DNA from: an uncultured Acidobacteriaceae bacterium
Lineage (GTDB): Bacteria > Acidobacteriota > Terriglobia > Terriglobales > Acidobacteriaceae
Assembly: GCA_963783925.1 (NCBI GenBank)
Contig: CAWAPM010000003.1
Coordinates: 62,974 to 126,973, forward strand
Reading direction: 5' to 3'
Length of the DNA stretch: 64,000 nucleotides
Each line of letters opens with the position of its first letter. Within the stretch, counting starts at the first letter, position 1. Under the pieces are notes generated by a model that searched no databases, was not told where the DNA came from, and was given only the letters and a program-made list of their open reading frames with translations. Below, one piece after another: positions 11,137 through 21,728 of the stretch. The position numbers and the translations under genes were made by a program.

Positions 11137-13823
11137 GTGAAGCATCGCGCTCTTCCTCCTTGCCTGATTGCTCTTCTGTCTCTGTCTGCGTGCATCGTGC
11201 CGGCCTCGGCCGCTACGTCCTCCGCCGCGCCCGCGCCCATCGTTCTCGCGCAGGGCTGGCAGTTGCAGGACGTCGCCAAAGTCCCGCAGGCGGGTGCAGA
11301 GATTTCGTCGGCAGCCTTCAACCCCGCGGGCTGGTACACGGCCACAGTGCCCGGCACGGTGCTAACCACGCTGGTCAACAATCACGTCTACCCCGAGCCG
11401 CTCTACGGCGAAAACAACCGCCCCGAGATCATCCCCGAGAGCCTCGCGCGCACTTCGTACTGGTATCGCACAAGCATCGACGTGCCGCAGGAGTACAAAG
11501 GCCGCCACATCTGGCTCAACTTCGACGGCATCAACTATGCGGCCCAGGTCTGGGTCAACGGCGTGCAGGTCGGCGCCATGCGCGGCGCATTCATCCGCGG
11601 CAACTTCGACATCACCGCCCAGGTCAAGCCCGGCAAGCCGGCCATCATTGCCGTGCTCGTCGCGCCGCAGCCCCATCCCGGCATCAGCCACGAGCACACC
11701 CTGCGCGCGGGCATCGGCCCAAACGGCGGCGAGAGCGCCATCGACGGACCGACCTTCCTCTGCACCATCGGCTGGGACTGGCTTCCCGCCATCCGCGACC
11801 GCGACACCGGCATCTGGCAAAAAGTCACGCTCTCAGCATCGGGTCCCGTGCTGGTGAAAGACCCGCTCGTCACCACCGACCTGCCCCTGCCGAAGATTGA
11901 TTCCTCCGATGTCGCCGTTGAGGCCACGGTCGAGAACATCACCGACAAGCCGGTGAGGGGAACTCTCCACGGCGAGATCGAGAAGGTCGCTTTCTCGCGC
12001 GACGTTACGCTCGCCCCGCACTCGACGCAGAAGCTGCGCTTCGACCCCAGCAACACGCCGGCGCTGCACATCAATCACCCGCGCCTCTGGTGGCCCAACG
12101 GCTACGGCGCGCCCAATCTCTACACGCTGCACCTCAGCTTCGACACCAACAAGCAGATCTCCGACCAGCAGGACGTGAGCTTCGGCATTCGCAAAATCAG
12201 CTACTCCGTGCCCGGCGCGGACACCCTCACCATCTCCGTCAACGGCGTGCCCGTCTTCATTCGCGGTGGCGATTGGGGCCTCGACGAAGCCCTCAAGCGC
12301 ATTCCCCGCGAGCGCCTCGACGCCGAGATTCGCCTGCACAAGCTCGCCCATCTCAATCTCATTCGCAACTGGGTCGGCCAGAGCACCGGCGAAGACTTCT
12401 ACGAGCTCTGCGACAAGTACGGCATCCTCGTCTGGGACGAGTTCTTCCAGCCCAACCCCGGCGACGGCCCCAACCCCACAGACTCCCCACCTATCTCGCC
12501 AATGTGCGCGATAAGATTCTGCGCTATCGCAATCATCCGTCCATCCTTCTCTGGTGCGCGCGCAACGAGGGCTATCCGCCGCCGGAGATCGATGCCGCGC
12601 TGCGCAAGCTTCTCGCTGAACTCGAGCCCACCCGCCGTTATCAGCCCAGTTCCACCGATGGCAACGGCGTCCGCTCCCACGGGCCCTATTCCTGGCGCAC
12701 CCCGCGCGAGTTCTACAAAATTGAAGACGACTACTTCAAGACCGAAACCGGCAGCGTCTCCGTCCCCACGCTTGAATCCATCAAGGGCATGATGCCGGCC
12801 AAGGACTGGAACTCCATCAACGACGACTGGGCCGAGCATGACTTCGCCCGCGGTAACTCCGGCGCTGAGAACTACCCCGCCGAAATCGCCGCGCGCTACG
12901 GCGACTATCGCAACCTCGCCGACTTCGTCCGCAAGGCGCAGATGGCCAACTACGAAGCCTTCCGCGCCATGTACGAGGGCCGCAACGCCGAGCTCTTCCA
13001 TCCCACCACGGCCATCATCACCTGGATGAGCAATCCTGCGCAGCCCAGCTTCGTCTGGCAGCTCTACCACTACGACCTCGAACCCAACGCCTCGTTCTAC
13101 GCGGTCATGCACGCCGCCGAGAGCGTCCACATCCAGTACAACCAGTCCAACGGCGATCTGCAGGTCATCAACAATCTGCCCGAGCCGCAGACCGGCCTCA
13201 CCGCGGAGGTGCGCGTCTACCGTCTCGATGGCTCGCTGGCCTATCACCACGAAACGCCCGTCACCGCCGCGCCTGAAGCCGCGACCAGCCTCGGCCCCAT
13301 CGCCATTCCGCCCTCAGTCAACGGCATCCACTTCATCGATCTCGATCTGAAAGACGATGGCGGCCGATCCATTTCGCGCAACTTCTACTGGGAGGGCGCG
13401 CCCGGCTATCCCGACAACTTTGCCGCGCTCGGCACAATGCAGAAGGTCCAGCTCGAGGCCTCCGTCTCGCGCGAAGACGATCTCGGCAAACGCACCGTCA
13501 CCGTCACGCTCACCAACCCCAGCACCCGCATCGCGGTCATGACGCATCTGCAGCTGCGCCGCAAGTCCAGCGGCGCGCGCGTGCTTCCTGTCTACACCAG
13601 CGACAATTACATCTCGCTCGTGCCCGGCGAGTCGCGCACCGTCACGCTCGAGGCAGACACCGCCCTCTTCGGCGAAGACGACGCCCTCGTCACCGTAGAT
13701 GGCTGGAATGTCACCGTCGCGCCTGCGTCCGCGCCTGGCGTCTCCATCGATACCAATCTCGACGCCGAGCCCGATCACTCGCCCGCAACCGGCCTTCCGT
13801 TCCAGACAGAAAACCTGCGCTGA
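11137..13823 (+). CDS. Glycoside hydrolase family 2 (beta-mannosidase/exo-beta-glucosaminidase-like; frameshift near 12485)
   Basis: Signal peptide, LNFDGINY, GWDW, LWWPNGYG, NHPSILLWCARNE, KTETG; two overlapping ORFs join. Confidence 0.88.
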
Positions 13824-13986
13824 GGGCTCACCCTGGCCCTCACGCAGCCGTCGAATTTCAATACGGCCCCTTCGTACCGCGCCAATTTCCGCATGGCTGC
13901 AGCACCTTGGGCAAACAAGTTTATAGTTGTGATAAGCGACGCCGCGCGTTTGCCGCAGCACAAGGTTCGGTCTTCCTGAATTTGCG

Positions 13987-14637
13987 ATGAATCTGCCCAA
14001 CTCCATCACGATGAGCCGGATTCTCATGATCCCGCTGCTGCTGTGGATTCTCTCGCCGCACTTCCCCTGTCAGCGGGCGTGGGGCGAGCAGGAGATCGCG
14101 GCCTCCGTGCTCTTCGTCCTCGCCTCCATCACCGACGGCCTCGACGGCTATCTCGCCCGCAAGCGCGCTCAGATCACCACCATGGGCATGCTCCTTGATC
14201 CGCTCGCGGACAAGATCATGGTCACCGCCGCGCTCATCGCGCTGGTCGCCTACAACCCCGATGTGGTCAAGGTCTGGATCGCCGTGGTCATTATCGGCCG
14301 CGAGTTCCTCATCTCCGGCCTGCGCGCCATCGCGGCTTCGGAAGGATTCACCATTCAGGCCAGCGATCTGGGCAAGCTCAAGACCGTCATCCAGATCGTT
14401 TCTGTGGTCTCAGCCATCCTCGCGCACCGCTGGTACGACTGGCAGTTCGGCTATCTCGTCATTCCGGTCAAGTGGATCGCAGTCACCGCCATCTACTTCA
14501 CCGTGCTGGTCTCCACCATCTCCGCCATCGATTACTTCGCCGGCTTCTGGAAGCAGATCGATCGCGCCTCCAACAGCCGTCGCAAGTCGTTCGTGCTCTC
14601 CCGCAACAAGAACGCCGGAACCTCAAGCCCGAGTTAA
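13987..14637 (+). CDS. pgsA: CDP-diacylglycerol--glycerol-3-phosphate 3-phosphatidyltransferase
   Basis: MNLPNSITMSRI and CDP-alcohol motif TDGLDGYLARK...GMLLDPLADK. Confidence 0.93.
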   Translation: MNLPNSITMSRILMIPLLLWILSPHFPCQRAWGEQEIAASVLFVLASITDGLDGYLARKRAQITTMGMLLDPLADKIMVTAALIALVAYNPDVVKVWIAVVIIGREFLISGLRAIAASEGFTIQASDLGKLKTVIQIVSVVSAILAHRWYDWQFGYLVIPVKWIAVTAIYFTVLVSTISAIDYFAGFWKQIDRASNSRRKSFVLSRNKNAGTSSPS

Positions 14638-14659
14638 GCGGATCGGCGCGCAGAAAGCG

Positions 14660-14686
14660 AAAACCCCGGCCAAAGCCGGGGTTTTT
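14660..14686. terminator. Bidirectional intrinsic terminator
   Basis: AAAACCCCGGC-CAAA-GCCGGGGTTTT between convergent genes. Confidence 0.85.
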
Positions 14687-14707
14687 CTATTTCTGTTTCG
14701 ATGCTGC

Positions 14708-15505
14708 CTATGCCATTGCTGCTACGGGAACCGCAGGCACTACGGGTATCGCTGCTGCCGCAGCATGCGCTGGCGCATGCGCACTCCGCGTAAGCCGGTG
14801 CACAAAGTGATACGGCGGCCACGGACCCGACATCTGCATATGGCAGTCGCGCATCATGGCCGTGGTGGTCGCGAACTTGTTCTGATAGCGCTCCACATGC
14901 TTGCGGTCAATCAGGTGCGCAATATCCAGCACCAGCTTGCCGCCCTCGGAGAGCCGGCAGCTCACTTCCTCATCCAGCGGCATAAACATCCGATGCATCT
15001 GGAAGCTGATCGCCCGGGCTCGAGTCTGGCGCTCGCGCTGCCGCGATGCCGTCTCGCGCAGGTTGCTCAGGTACTCGCGGCCCACGGTCTCGCCGCAGGG
15101 TCCTTTGCCGGTTTCGCGGGTCGCGCAGTCGTCCACAAAAATCTTCAAATGCATCTCGGTCTTGCCGCGCAGCTTGTCGATGTTCGTCTGAAACTGCCGC
15201 TGGTTGGACCGTATGGACTTGCGCAGGCTTTCGTCGTCGGTGAAGACCGTGCCGAACCGGAAGGGAAGTACCGTCGAGTGCTGAAAGCAGTCCGCAATCA
15301 CGCGGGCATGGTCGACGCCGGATTTCTGGCTGAGAGTTTCTGCTGGATTGTGTTCGCTGACGATAATGGCGAGATCGCTGGCTGGATAGAGGAAAACCTG
15401 GTTGCCGCTGACTCCGTGTACGGATTCCATCGGAACAGGTTTGCGATGACGGGCTAACTCAGGAAAGGCTTGTTTTTCACCAATGCAATAGGCATACCAT
15501 GCCAT
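14708..15505 (-). CDS. GvpL/GvpF-family protein (orphan)
   Basis: YAYCI, HARVI...TVLPFRFGTVF, GREYL, SGPWPPYHFV signatures. Confidence 0.85.
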   Translation of the reverse strand: MAWYAYCIGEKQAFPELARHRKPVPMESVHGVSGNQVFLYPASDLAIIVSEHNPAETLSQKSGVDHARVIADCFQHSTVLPFRFGTVFTDDESLRKSIRSNQRQFQTNIDKLRGKTEMHLKIFVDDCATRETGKGPCGETVGREYLSNLRETASRQRERQTRARAISFQMHRMFMPLDEEVSCRLSEGGKLVLDIAHLIDRKHVERYQNKFATTTAMMRDCHMQMSGPWPPYHFVHRLTRSAHAPAHAAAAAIPVVPAVPVAAMA

Positions 15506-15800
15506 GTTTGTGCGCTCCGTGTGCGTCCGCTGGTAAGCGTCCGCCCCTCTTTGTGAAGCTCTGTGAACTTAGGAACAACGGCACTTTGGCGCGGGGGGTG
15601 ACTTATCCCCCTTGAGCTAACCGGAATACTAGTCTCCTGAAAATACGACTGGCAACGGCCGTTATTGCAAAGTCAGTAAAAGAGAGCGGTTGCCTCTCAG
15701 GTAGATTTTATATAGACAATATAAATTGTTATGCCGTGAAAATAACCAGCCCAACGTCAGGTTCAGGCCCGCATCGGGCCTCCGGCAGCCTCTGTCGGCT

Positions 15801-16406
15801 TTATTGGAAAATTCGCCCCATGCGCAGGAAAAGCACCACATTCAGCGCGATGGAAACGGCCAGAAGCGCGAAACCGATCCAGGCAATCCGTCCCACACGC
15901 CGCCGAAGGCTATTGAGGTCCTCGGTCACCTCGCGCTGAATCGACGCATGGCGCTCCGTAGCCTCTTTCACGTCCTCAAGCTGGTTGCCGATGCGCTTGA
16001 GCGCTGCGCTCTGCTCGCCCAGCCTGCCGCGCAGCTCCTGCTGCTCGCCATGCACGACCGTCAGCGCGCGCTCCATCGGCTCCAGATTCACATGCTGCTG
16101 CGTAGACCCGGGAATCAGCAGATTCGCCACCGCTCCGGCCACATTGCCTTCCAGCAGGGGCAAGGCCTTCATCATCAGCGGAAGCACCGTCTTGAGCGCA
16201 CCGATCGTGCGTCCAAAGCGCCGCGGGGGCTCTTCCGCCGGACGCATAATCGGCGGCAAGGGCCGCGTCACGGTGCGCAGGGGCGTGGTGGGCCGCAGCG
16301 GCTGGGGGCCACTCTCAAACAGCCGCACCCGCTCCCCGCCTGGCTCGGCTTCACCGCGCTGCGCCGGCGCTGTCTCCACAGCCTGAATTGAATCCCCCTC
16401 ACTCAT
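15801..16406 (-). CDS. Hypothetical coiled-coil protein with C-terminal TM anchor
   Basis: C-terminal ~200 aa of the long ORF from MSEGDSIQ; heptad-rich segment, then a hydrophobic tail. Confidence 0.6.
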   Translation of the reverse strand: MSEGDSIQAVETAPAQRGEAEPGGERVRLFESGPQPLRPTTPLRTVTRPLPPIMRPAEEPPRRFGRTIGALKTVLPLMMKALPLLEGNVAGAVANLLIPGSTQQHVNLEPMERALTVVHGEQQELRGRLGEQSAALKRIGNQLEDVKEATERHASIQREVTEDLNSLRRRVGRIAWIGFALLAVSIALNVVLFLRMGRIFQ

Positions 16407-16463
16407 CCCGACAATCCTCGTCTTGACTATAGACCGTCGCGTCCACGGGTTGTTCACAGGTGC

Positions 16464-17213
16464 GTGCCCCAGGCGCGCACTGTCTCGTTTAGGGAATCCG
16501 CGTCCGTCGTCGCGTATCCTCCAGTAGAGGAGAAGCACGTGCGTCCGCTCGTCCCGCATCCGCTCCGCAGCCTGCAGCGCAACATTCTCGCCGGCCTCAT
16601 CACCATCGGCCCGCTTTTTGTTACCTGGCTCATTTTTAGCTGGGTCTTTACCAGCCTGGCCAAAGCTGGCCTGCCCGCGGTGCGGCTGCTGGACCAGGTT
16701 GTGCCCGTCAATTGGCTTCGCGCCTGGATCGACCAGCCCTGGCTCCAGTCCATCCTTGCCATCGTGCTTACCCTGGTGGTGCTCTACATCGTGGGTTTGC
16801 TCACGTCGGTGGTCATCGGCCGCCAGGCCTTCAGCCTCTTTGAAGCGGCCCTCGAGCGCCTGCCCTTCGTCGCCAAGGTCTACACCTCGGTCCGCCAGCT
16901 GCTCGACACCATGATGGCCAAGAAAGACACCGGCCAGCGCGTCGTTCTTGTCGATTTCCCCATCGCCGGCCAAAAGAGCATCGGCTTCCTCACCCGCACG
17001 CTGAAAGACGAAACCACCGGCCAGCCGCTGGCCGCCGTGCTGCTGCCCAACGCCATCAATCCCACCTCGGCGTTTCTGCAGGTGCTTCCTATGGACCGCG
17101 TCACTGAGACCGACCTCACCATGGAGCAGGCCATGAGCATGCTGCTCACCGGCGGCGCCGTCGCGCCCGAGACAATTCGCTTCTCGCAGCCCAAAAGTCC
17201 CAAGCCCGAGTAG
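16464..17213 (+). CDS. DUF502 family membrane protein
   Basis: LAGLITIGPLFVT, RLPFVAKVYTSVRQL, VVLVDFP, PNAINPTSAFL. Confidence 0.85.
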   Translation: MPQARTVSFRESASVVAYPPVEEKHVRPLVPHPLRSLQRNILAGLITIGPLFVTWLIFSWVFTSLAKAGLPAVRLLDQVVPVNWLRAWIDQPWLQSILAIVLTLVVLYIVGLLTSVVIGRQAFSLFEAALERLPFVAKVYTSVRQLLDTMMAKKDTGQRVVLVDFPIAGQKSIGFLTRTLKDETTGQPLAAVLLPNAINPTSAFLQVLPMDRVTETDLTMEQAMSMLLTGGAVAPETIRFSQPKSPKPE

Positions 17214-17215
17214 GG

Positions 17216-18304
17216 CTACTCCACGGCAGTTGCGGTCGAGGGGCCAGTCGAGGGATCGATCTGCTCTCCCGCCTGCTCGCTCTCCTCGGTCACCTTGCGC
17301 AGGCTCACATGCGCAAACTGCGCCCAGATCAGCCCCACCGGCACAATGCACAGGAACGTGACCAGCAACAGCGTAGCGGCGCAGGCCGTAGCCGGCTCCG
17401 GCGCAACATTGAAGAACTTCGAGATCGTCGCGGCCACAATGCCAATCTGCGTGAACCACCCGATCACCGGCAGTTGAATAATGCTCGAGAGGCCGCTCAC
17501 CACCATCATCAGCACGCACTTGGCCGGCGTCATCGCCGACAGCACCGGGTCGGCCACGAAGGCCTTCATCGTCTCCAGGTACGACGCGGCAATCAGAATC
17601 CACATGCCGACCGAAAGCAAAGCCACAACGCCGAAGTCGCCGAACGACCGCATCGTATCGAGCCCCGTGCGGAAGTCGCGCACCTTGTGGCCCACCGCCT
17701 CGCCCAGCTTCTTTGACACCACGCCCAGCGCGCCCTCAAGAAACGCCGCCACCGCGCCGCCCGCGAATCGCACCGCCACCAGAAACGATGCGCCGGCGAT
17801 CGTCCCGATCATGCCCCACATGCCCGAGCGTTTCACCAGCTCCGGATGCGGCAGACTGCCCGCTCCGCCGAACCACATCGAGAACAAAATCGCCGACGAA
17901 AAAATCAGCGCCATCGAGCCGGCGTCAAACAGCCGCTCCACAATATAGACAGCGATCTGGTTGCTCACCGGCAGCCCGGTCTTCTTTGCCACCAGGTAGG
18001 GCCGCACCGGGTCGGCCACGCGCCCAATCAGCGCCACCGCCGTAAAGCCCATCACCTGCGTGCCCAGCAGCGAGAGCAGCGGCACCTTCTTGTTGTGGCG
18101 CAGCAGCCACGCCCAGCGCACCGAGCGCAGCACATAGCCCAGGTAAATGCAGCCCGCCGCTACGCCAATCCGCCGCCAGTCCGCCAGCGCCAGTTGCGCG
18201 CGGAACACGCCAAAGTCGAAGTGAATCCGGCCGCGCCCCCACACCACGAGCGCAATCAGGATCGCCAGAACAACAAGGCCTACAATCAGTTGATTTTTCT
18301 TCAA
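17216..18304 (-). CDS. Lysylphosphatidylglycerol synthase TM domain / flippase-like protein
   Basis: LRSVRWAWLL, GRVADPVRPYL, VERLFD; polytopic. Confidence 0.85.
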   Translation of the reverse strand: MKKNQLIVGLVVLAILIALVVWGRGRIHFDFGVFRAQLALADWRRIGVAAGCIYLGYVLRSVRWAWLLRHNKKVPLLSLLGTQVMGFTAVALIGRVADPVRPYLVAKKTGLPVSNQIAVYIVERLFDAGSMALIFSSAILFSMWFGGAGSLPHPELVKRSGMWGMIGTIAGASFLVAVRFAGGAVAAFLEGALGVVSKKLGEAVGHKVRDFRTGLDTMRSFGDFGVVALLSVGMWILIAASYLETMKAFVADPVLSAMTPAKCVLMMVVSGLSSIIQLPVIGWFTQIGIVAATISKFFNVAPEPATACAATLLLVTFLCIVPVGLIWAQFAHVSLRKVTEESEQAGEQIDPSTGPSTATAVE

Positions 18305-18335
18305 GCGTTCTCCGTTCTCCAGCTACTCAACGATT

Positions 18336-19098
18336 CTACGGTGCCGAAGATGAAGAACGGGTTTCGTTCTGGGTGGGAATCCGCACGGCCAGCGCCTGCG
18401 CCGCGCGCCGCGTCTCAGCCTCGCGCGCCAGCACCCGCCGATTGAACTCGTGTATCACGCGCGCCACATACGCCTGCGTCTCGTGATACGGCGGAATGCC
18501 GTGATACTTCGCCACTGCCGCCGGTCCAGCGTTGTAAGCTGCCAGCGCCAGCGCCAGATTGTCGTGATACTGCGTCAGCAGTTCGTCCAGATAGACAGTG
18601 CCGCCGCGCACATTTTCGCTCGGCCTGAAGCTGTCCTTCACGCCCACATCGGCGGCCGTCGCGGGCATCAGCTGCATCAGGCCGCGCGCGCCGGTGCGGC
18701 TCACCGCATGTGCATTGCCGCCGCTCTCGGCCTTCACCACGCTCGCCAGCAGGTCCGCGTCAAGATTGTGCTCGCGGCCCGCCTCGCCCAGCATCTCGTG
18801 CAGATCGGCAGCGCTCAGCTTCAGTCTCATCGGTGTCACTAGTCGGCCTGGCCGGCATGGACTGCATCGACTGCGGCTGCACATCTGCCACTGCCTCAAA
18901 GCCCGTCACATCTTCCGGCTTCAGGTCGATGTAGTTCGATTCGCCCGCGCTCAGATACAGTCGCATCTTGCCGTCCATCGCGGCGTGATGATCGCACGCC
19001 ATCGCAAAGCCGTTGCGCAGCAGCGCCCGCTCGCCCGCATGCGCCATTGGCGTCAGCGCAACCAGCGCCGCAGCCAGCCCCACGAGATGTCGCCTCAT
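18336..19098 (-). CDS. Lytic transglycosylase (SLT domain; frameshift near 18835)
   Basis: VVKAESGG, GARGLMQLMPATA, ALAAYNAG, ETQAYV; signal peptide lies in the upstream frame. Confidence 0.88.
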
Positions 19099-19105
19099 CC
19101 GCACA

Positions 19106-20020
19106 TCAGCTCCGCACCCGCGTCGACCACAATTTGTTTCCGATGCCAGCATTGGCATGCCGCGCGGCTTCCGTCTCCAGCACAATGCCCACGCCATCTT
19201 CGTCGTTGGGCCGCGCCTGTTTCCAGCCGTTGATCTTCGCCATGGTGCGCAGCTCCTGCGCGGCGTTGGCCATCATCACCGGCTGGCCCGCCCACTCCAG
19301 CATGTCCACATCGTTCCAGTTATCGCCAATCGCCATCGTCTCCTTGCGATCGATCCCCAGCCGCTGCGCCAGCCGCTCCAGCGCCCAGCCCTTCGACACC
19401 CCGCGCGGCAGCAGATCGAGAATCGACAGGTCCCGCGCCGGATACTCCGTCCGCACACATTCGCAATACGCGGCCCACTCGCTCGCCTTCAGCGCCTTCT
19501 CTGCTTTCTTCATCGCGCCTAGCCCGCCGCATACCATGCCCTGAATCGGATCGTCGCCATCCGCAAAGGCATCTTCGAGCGGCTTCACCACTTCAATCGC
19601 ATTCCGGTTCGCTTCCACCCAGAGAGAAATCCGCCCCTGCGCCTGCTCCAGATCTTCCAGCACCAGCTCGCCGCGCCCTTCGCGATCGAACGTAAACACC
19701 ACCGAGCCGAACTTCCGCAACAGCCCGCATAGCCCGCGGGCTACTCGTGCTTTCATGTGGCTGCGGTCAATATGCTCGCCGCCCAGCGTTCGAGTCACTG
19801 CACCATTCGACGTAATCAACGGCATATCCGCTCGCAGCCCCAGCCCCTCCAGCAGCGGAGCGGTATAGGCTGTGCGCCGCCCGGTCGCAATCGCCACCGT
19901 AATGCCCGCCTGCTGCGCGGCCTTCAGCGCCTGCGCATTGCGCGGGCTGATCGTCTGCGAAAACGAAGGCAGCAGCGTGCCATCCATATCAATTGCCACC
20001 AAACGGACCGGGGGATGCAT
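19106..20020 (-). CDS. Cof-type HAD-IIB hydrolase
   Basis: AIDMDGTLL, IATGR, GVSKG, AIGDNWNDVDM. Confidence 0.92.
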   Translation of the reverse strand: MHPPVRLVAIDMDGTLLPSFSQTISPRNAQALKAAQQAGITVAIATGRRTAYTAPLLEGLGLRADMPLITSNGAVTRTLGGEHIDRSHMKARVARGLCGLLRKFGSVVFTFDREGRGELVLEDLEQAQGRISLWVEANRNAIEVVKPLEDAFADGDDPIQGMVCGGLGAMKKAEKALKASEWAAYCECVRTEYPARDLSILDLLPRGVSKGWALERLAQRLGIDRKETMAIGDNWNDVDMLEWAGQPVMMANAAQELRTMAKINGWKQARPNDEDGVGIVLETEAARHANAGIGNKLWSTRVRS

Positions 20021-20072
20021 ACCCTCAGTGTACGTTGGATTCGGCGTTGCTTTCTCCGGTAAGCTCTTACTT

Positions 20073-20273
20073 ATGGAACGTGTTTGCAGCCAATGCCATG
20101 CTGTGCTCGGCGCCGAAACCAAGGCCGACTGGTGCCCAGCCTGCGGCGGCGCTCTTGTCGAGCGTCCCGTCCTGCCACAAACCTCGTCCAACAATCCGCC
20201 CCACGCAGTGGATCATCGTGGAATCGTGCTGCCGCGCCGCCACGCCGTCGGCGGCATTATCACCCCGCAATAA
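20073..20273 (+). CDS. Small putative zinc-ribbon protein (66 aa)
   Basis: MERVCSQCHAVLGAETKADWCPACGGALVE has two CxxC pairs. Confidence 0.5.
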   Translation: MERVCSQCHAVLGAETKADWCPACGGALVERPVLPQTSSNNPPHAVDHRGIVLPRRHAVGGIITPQ

Positions 20274-20331
20274 GCCTTCAATTCTGTTCAACACCACAGC
20301 GAATCGTGTCCGCAGATATACGCCAAAGAAA

Positions 20332-20363
20332 TAGTTGACAAGGAAACTAATAGCATCTATCTT
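20332..20363 (+). promoter_or_regulatory. Sigma70 promoter with overlapping operator palindrome for the marR operon
   Basis: TTGACA (20335)-N17-TATCTT (20358); TAGTT-N8-AACTA inverted repeat over the -35. Confidence 0.65.
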
Positions 20364-20369
20364 CATCTC

Positions 20370-20843
20370 ATACACAAGACCAGCGCAGCCGCGAAGCCTG
20401 TCAGCGACCTCAAAGTCCACATCGGCTTCTGGATGCGCTTTGTCTCAAATCACGTCTCGCACGCCTTCGCGCGCAAGCTGGTCGAGACCGGCGTCACCGT
20501 GGCCGAGTGGGTCGTTCTGCGCGAGATGTATGGCCGCGACGACGCAACCCCGAGCCATGTAGCCGAGCTCACCGGCATGACCCGCGGAGCGGCCTCAAAG
20601 CTCGTCGACCGCCTCGTCGAAAAGAAACTCATCACTCGCACCGAGCGCAGCGACGATCGCCGCTACCAGGACATCGCCCTCACGCCCGCCGGCGCAAAGC
20701 TCGTGCCCACGCTGGCCGCGCTCGCCGACAGCAACGATCACGAGTTCTTTTCCGTGCTCACAGCCGCCGAGCGCGAGACCTTGCTCAGCATCCTAAAAAA
20801 AATCGTGCAGCGCCACGGCCTGCACAAACTACCCACGCAATAA
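20370..20843 (+). CDS. MarR-family transcriptional regulator (first ATG at 20433; frame open upstream)
   Basis: GVTVAEWVVL, TRGAASKLVDRL, DDRRYQDIALTPAG. Confidence 0.88.
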   Translation: MHKTSAAAKPVSDLKVHIGFWMRFVSNHVSHAFARKLVETGVTVAEWVVLREMYGRDDATPSHVAELTGMTRGAASKLVDRLVEKKLITRTERSDDRRYQDIALTPAGAKLVPTLAALADSNDHEFFSVLTAAERETLLSILKKIVQRHGLHKLPTQ

Positions 20844-20852
20844 GGAGACACC

Positions 20853-21290
20853 ATGATTGCTCAAGCCGACGACACACAAACCATCCGCGAAGTGCTCACT
20901 GAAACTCACGCAGGCCGCATGACCTTCCCACAGGTTGTCGGCCGCATGCTCGCCGCCCAGGTCACTTCCTACTTCGTCGACCTCATCCGCGCACAGGATG
21001 TCGTCTATCTCGCCGACGACTCCACGCTCACCGAGCCGCTGCATCTCGACTACGGCTCCATCGCGCAGGAGTTCTCGAAGCCCGGCATTGTTGCTGCAAT
21101 CCGCGCCGCGCAGCGCGATGAGATTCGCTATCCGGAGTTCATGCGCCGCGCCGCCGCCGCGGGCATCGTGGCCTACTGGGCTGAACTCACCGGCAAGCGC
21201 GTCATCTACTTCGGCCGTCAGGGCGATATGCACATTGAGTGGTTTCCCGGCGCGCAGCCCAGCGACGTTACTGAGACTGAGCGGAGCTAG
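20853..21290 (+). CDS. DUF1398 family protein
   Basis: MTFPQVVGRMLAAQVTSYFVDL, YFGRQGDMHIEWFP; AAGGAG RBS. Confidence 0.8.
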   Translation: MIAQADDTQTIREVLTETHAGRMTFPQVVGRMLAAQVTSYFVDLIRAQDVVYLADDSTLTEPLHLDYGSIAQEFSKPGIVAAIRAAQRDEIRYPEFMRRAAAAGIVAYWAELTGKRVIYFGRQGDMHIEWFPGAQPSDVTETERS

Positions 21291-21302
21291 TTCCGGATCG
21301 CT

Positions 21303-21728
21303 TTAGTCGCCAGTGACGAGCCCGACTGCGTCGGCCAGCCGTGCCTGCCGCTCGTCGAAGGTCCAGAAGCGTTCCGCCTTCAGTGCGAGCGCGCAGGCCA
21401 CATGAAGAGAGTCCAGCGTCCGCACCCCGAGGCGTGGCCCATAGCGCCGCGCCAGATCGATGCACATCTCCCAGGCAGCCTCCGGAAAAGCGATGGGAAG
21501 CCACACGCCCTCGGCACAATGACGATCGAAATCAGCCCAGACGAGTCCGGCTTCCGCAATCGACATCGCGCCGCGAAATACATATTGATGAATTGCATGC
21601 GCAACTTCGGATCGATTCAACGGTGTCAGAGCGATTGGCATGCGCTGTTGCATGCGCCGGTCCGCCTCTGCGGAATGAATGTCCTCGATGTATTGGGAGA
21701 CAATGAAGCTCGAATCGGCACAAACCAT
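21303..21728 (-). CDS. vapC: VapC-type PIN toxin
   Basis: ADSSFIV, SEV, RTLDSLHVACAL, FWTFDERQ. Confidence 0.88.
   Translation of the reverse strand: MVCADSSFIVSQYIEDIHSAEADRRMQQRMPIALTPLNRSEVAHAIHQYVFRGAMSIAEAGLVWADFDRHCAEGVWLPIAFPEAAWEMCIDLARRYGPRLGVRTLDSLHVACALALKAERFWTFDERQARLADAVGLVTGD

Noticed and set aside
15801-17603. 600-aa minus-strand ORF and other long antisense ORFs (9539-10909, 39658-40908, 40802-42085, 36818-38323)
   Set aside because: Shadow frames of GC-rich genes on the opposite strand; only the last ~200 aa of this ORF looks real.
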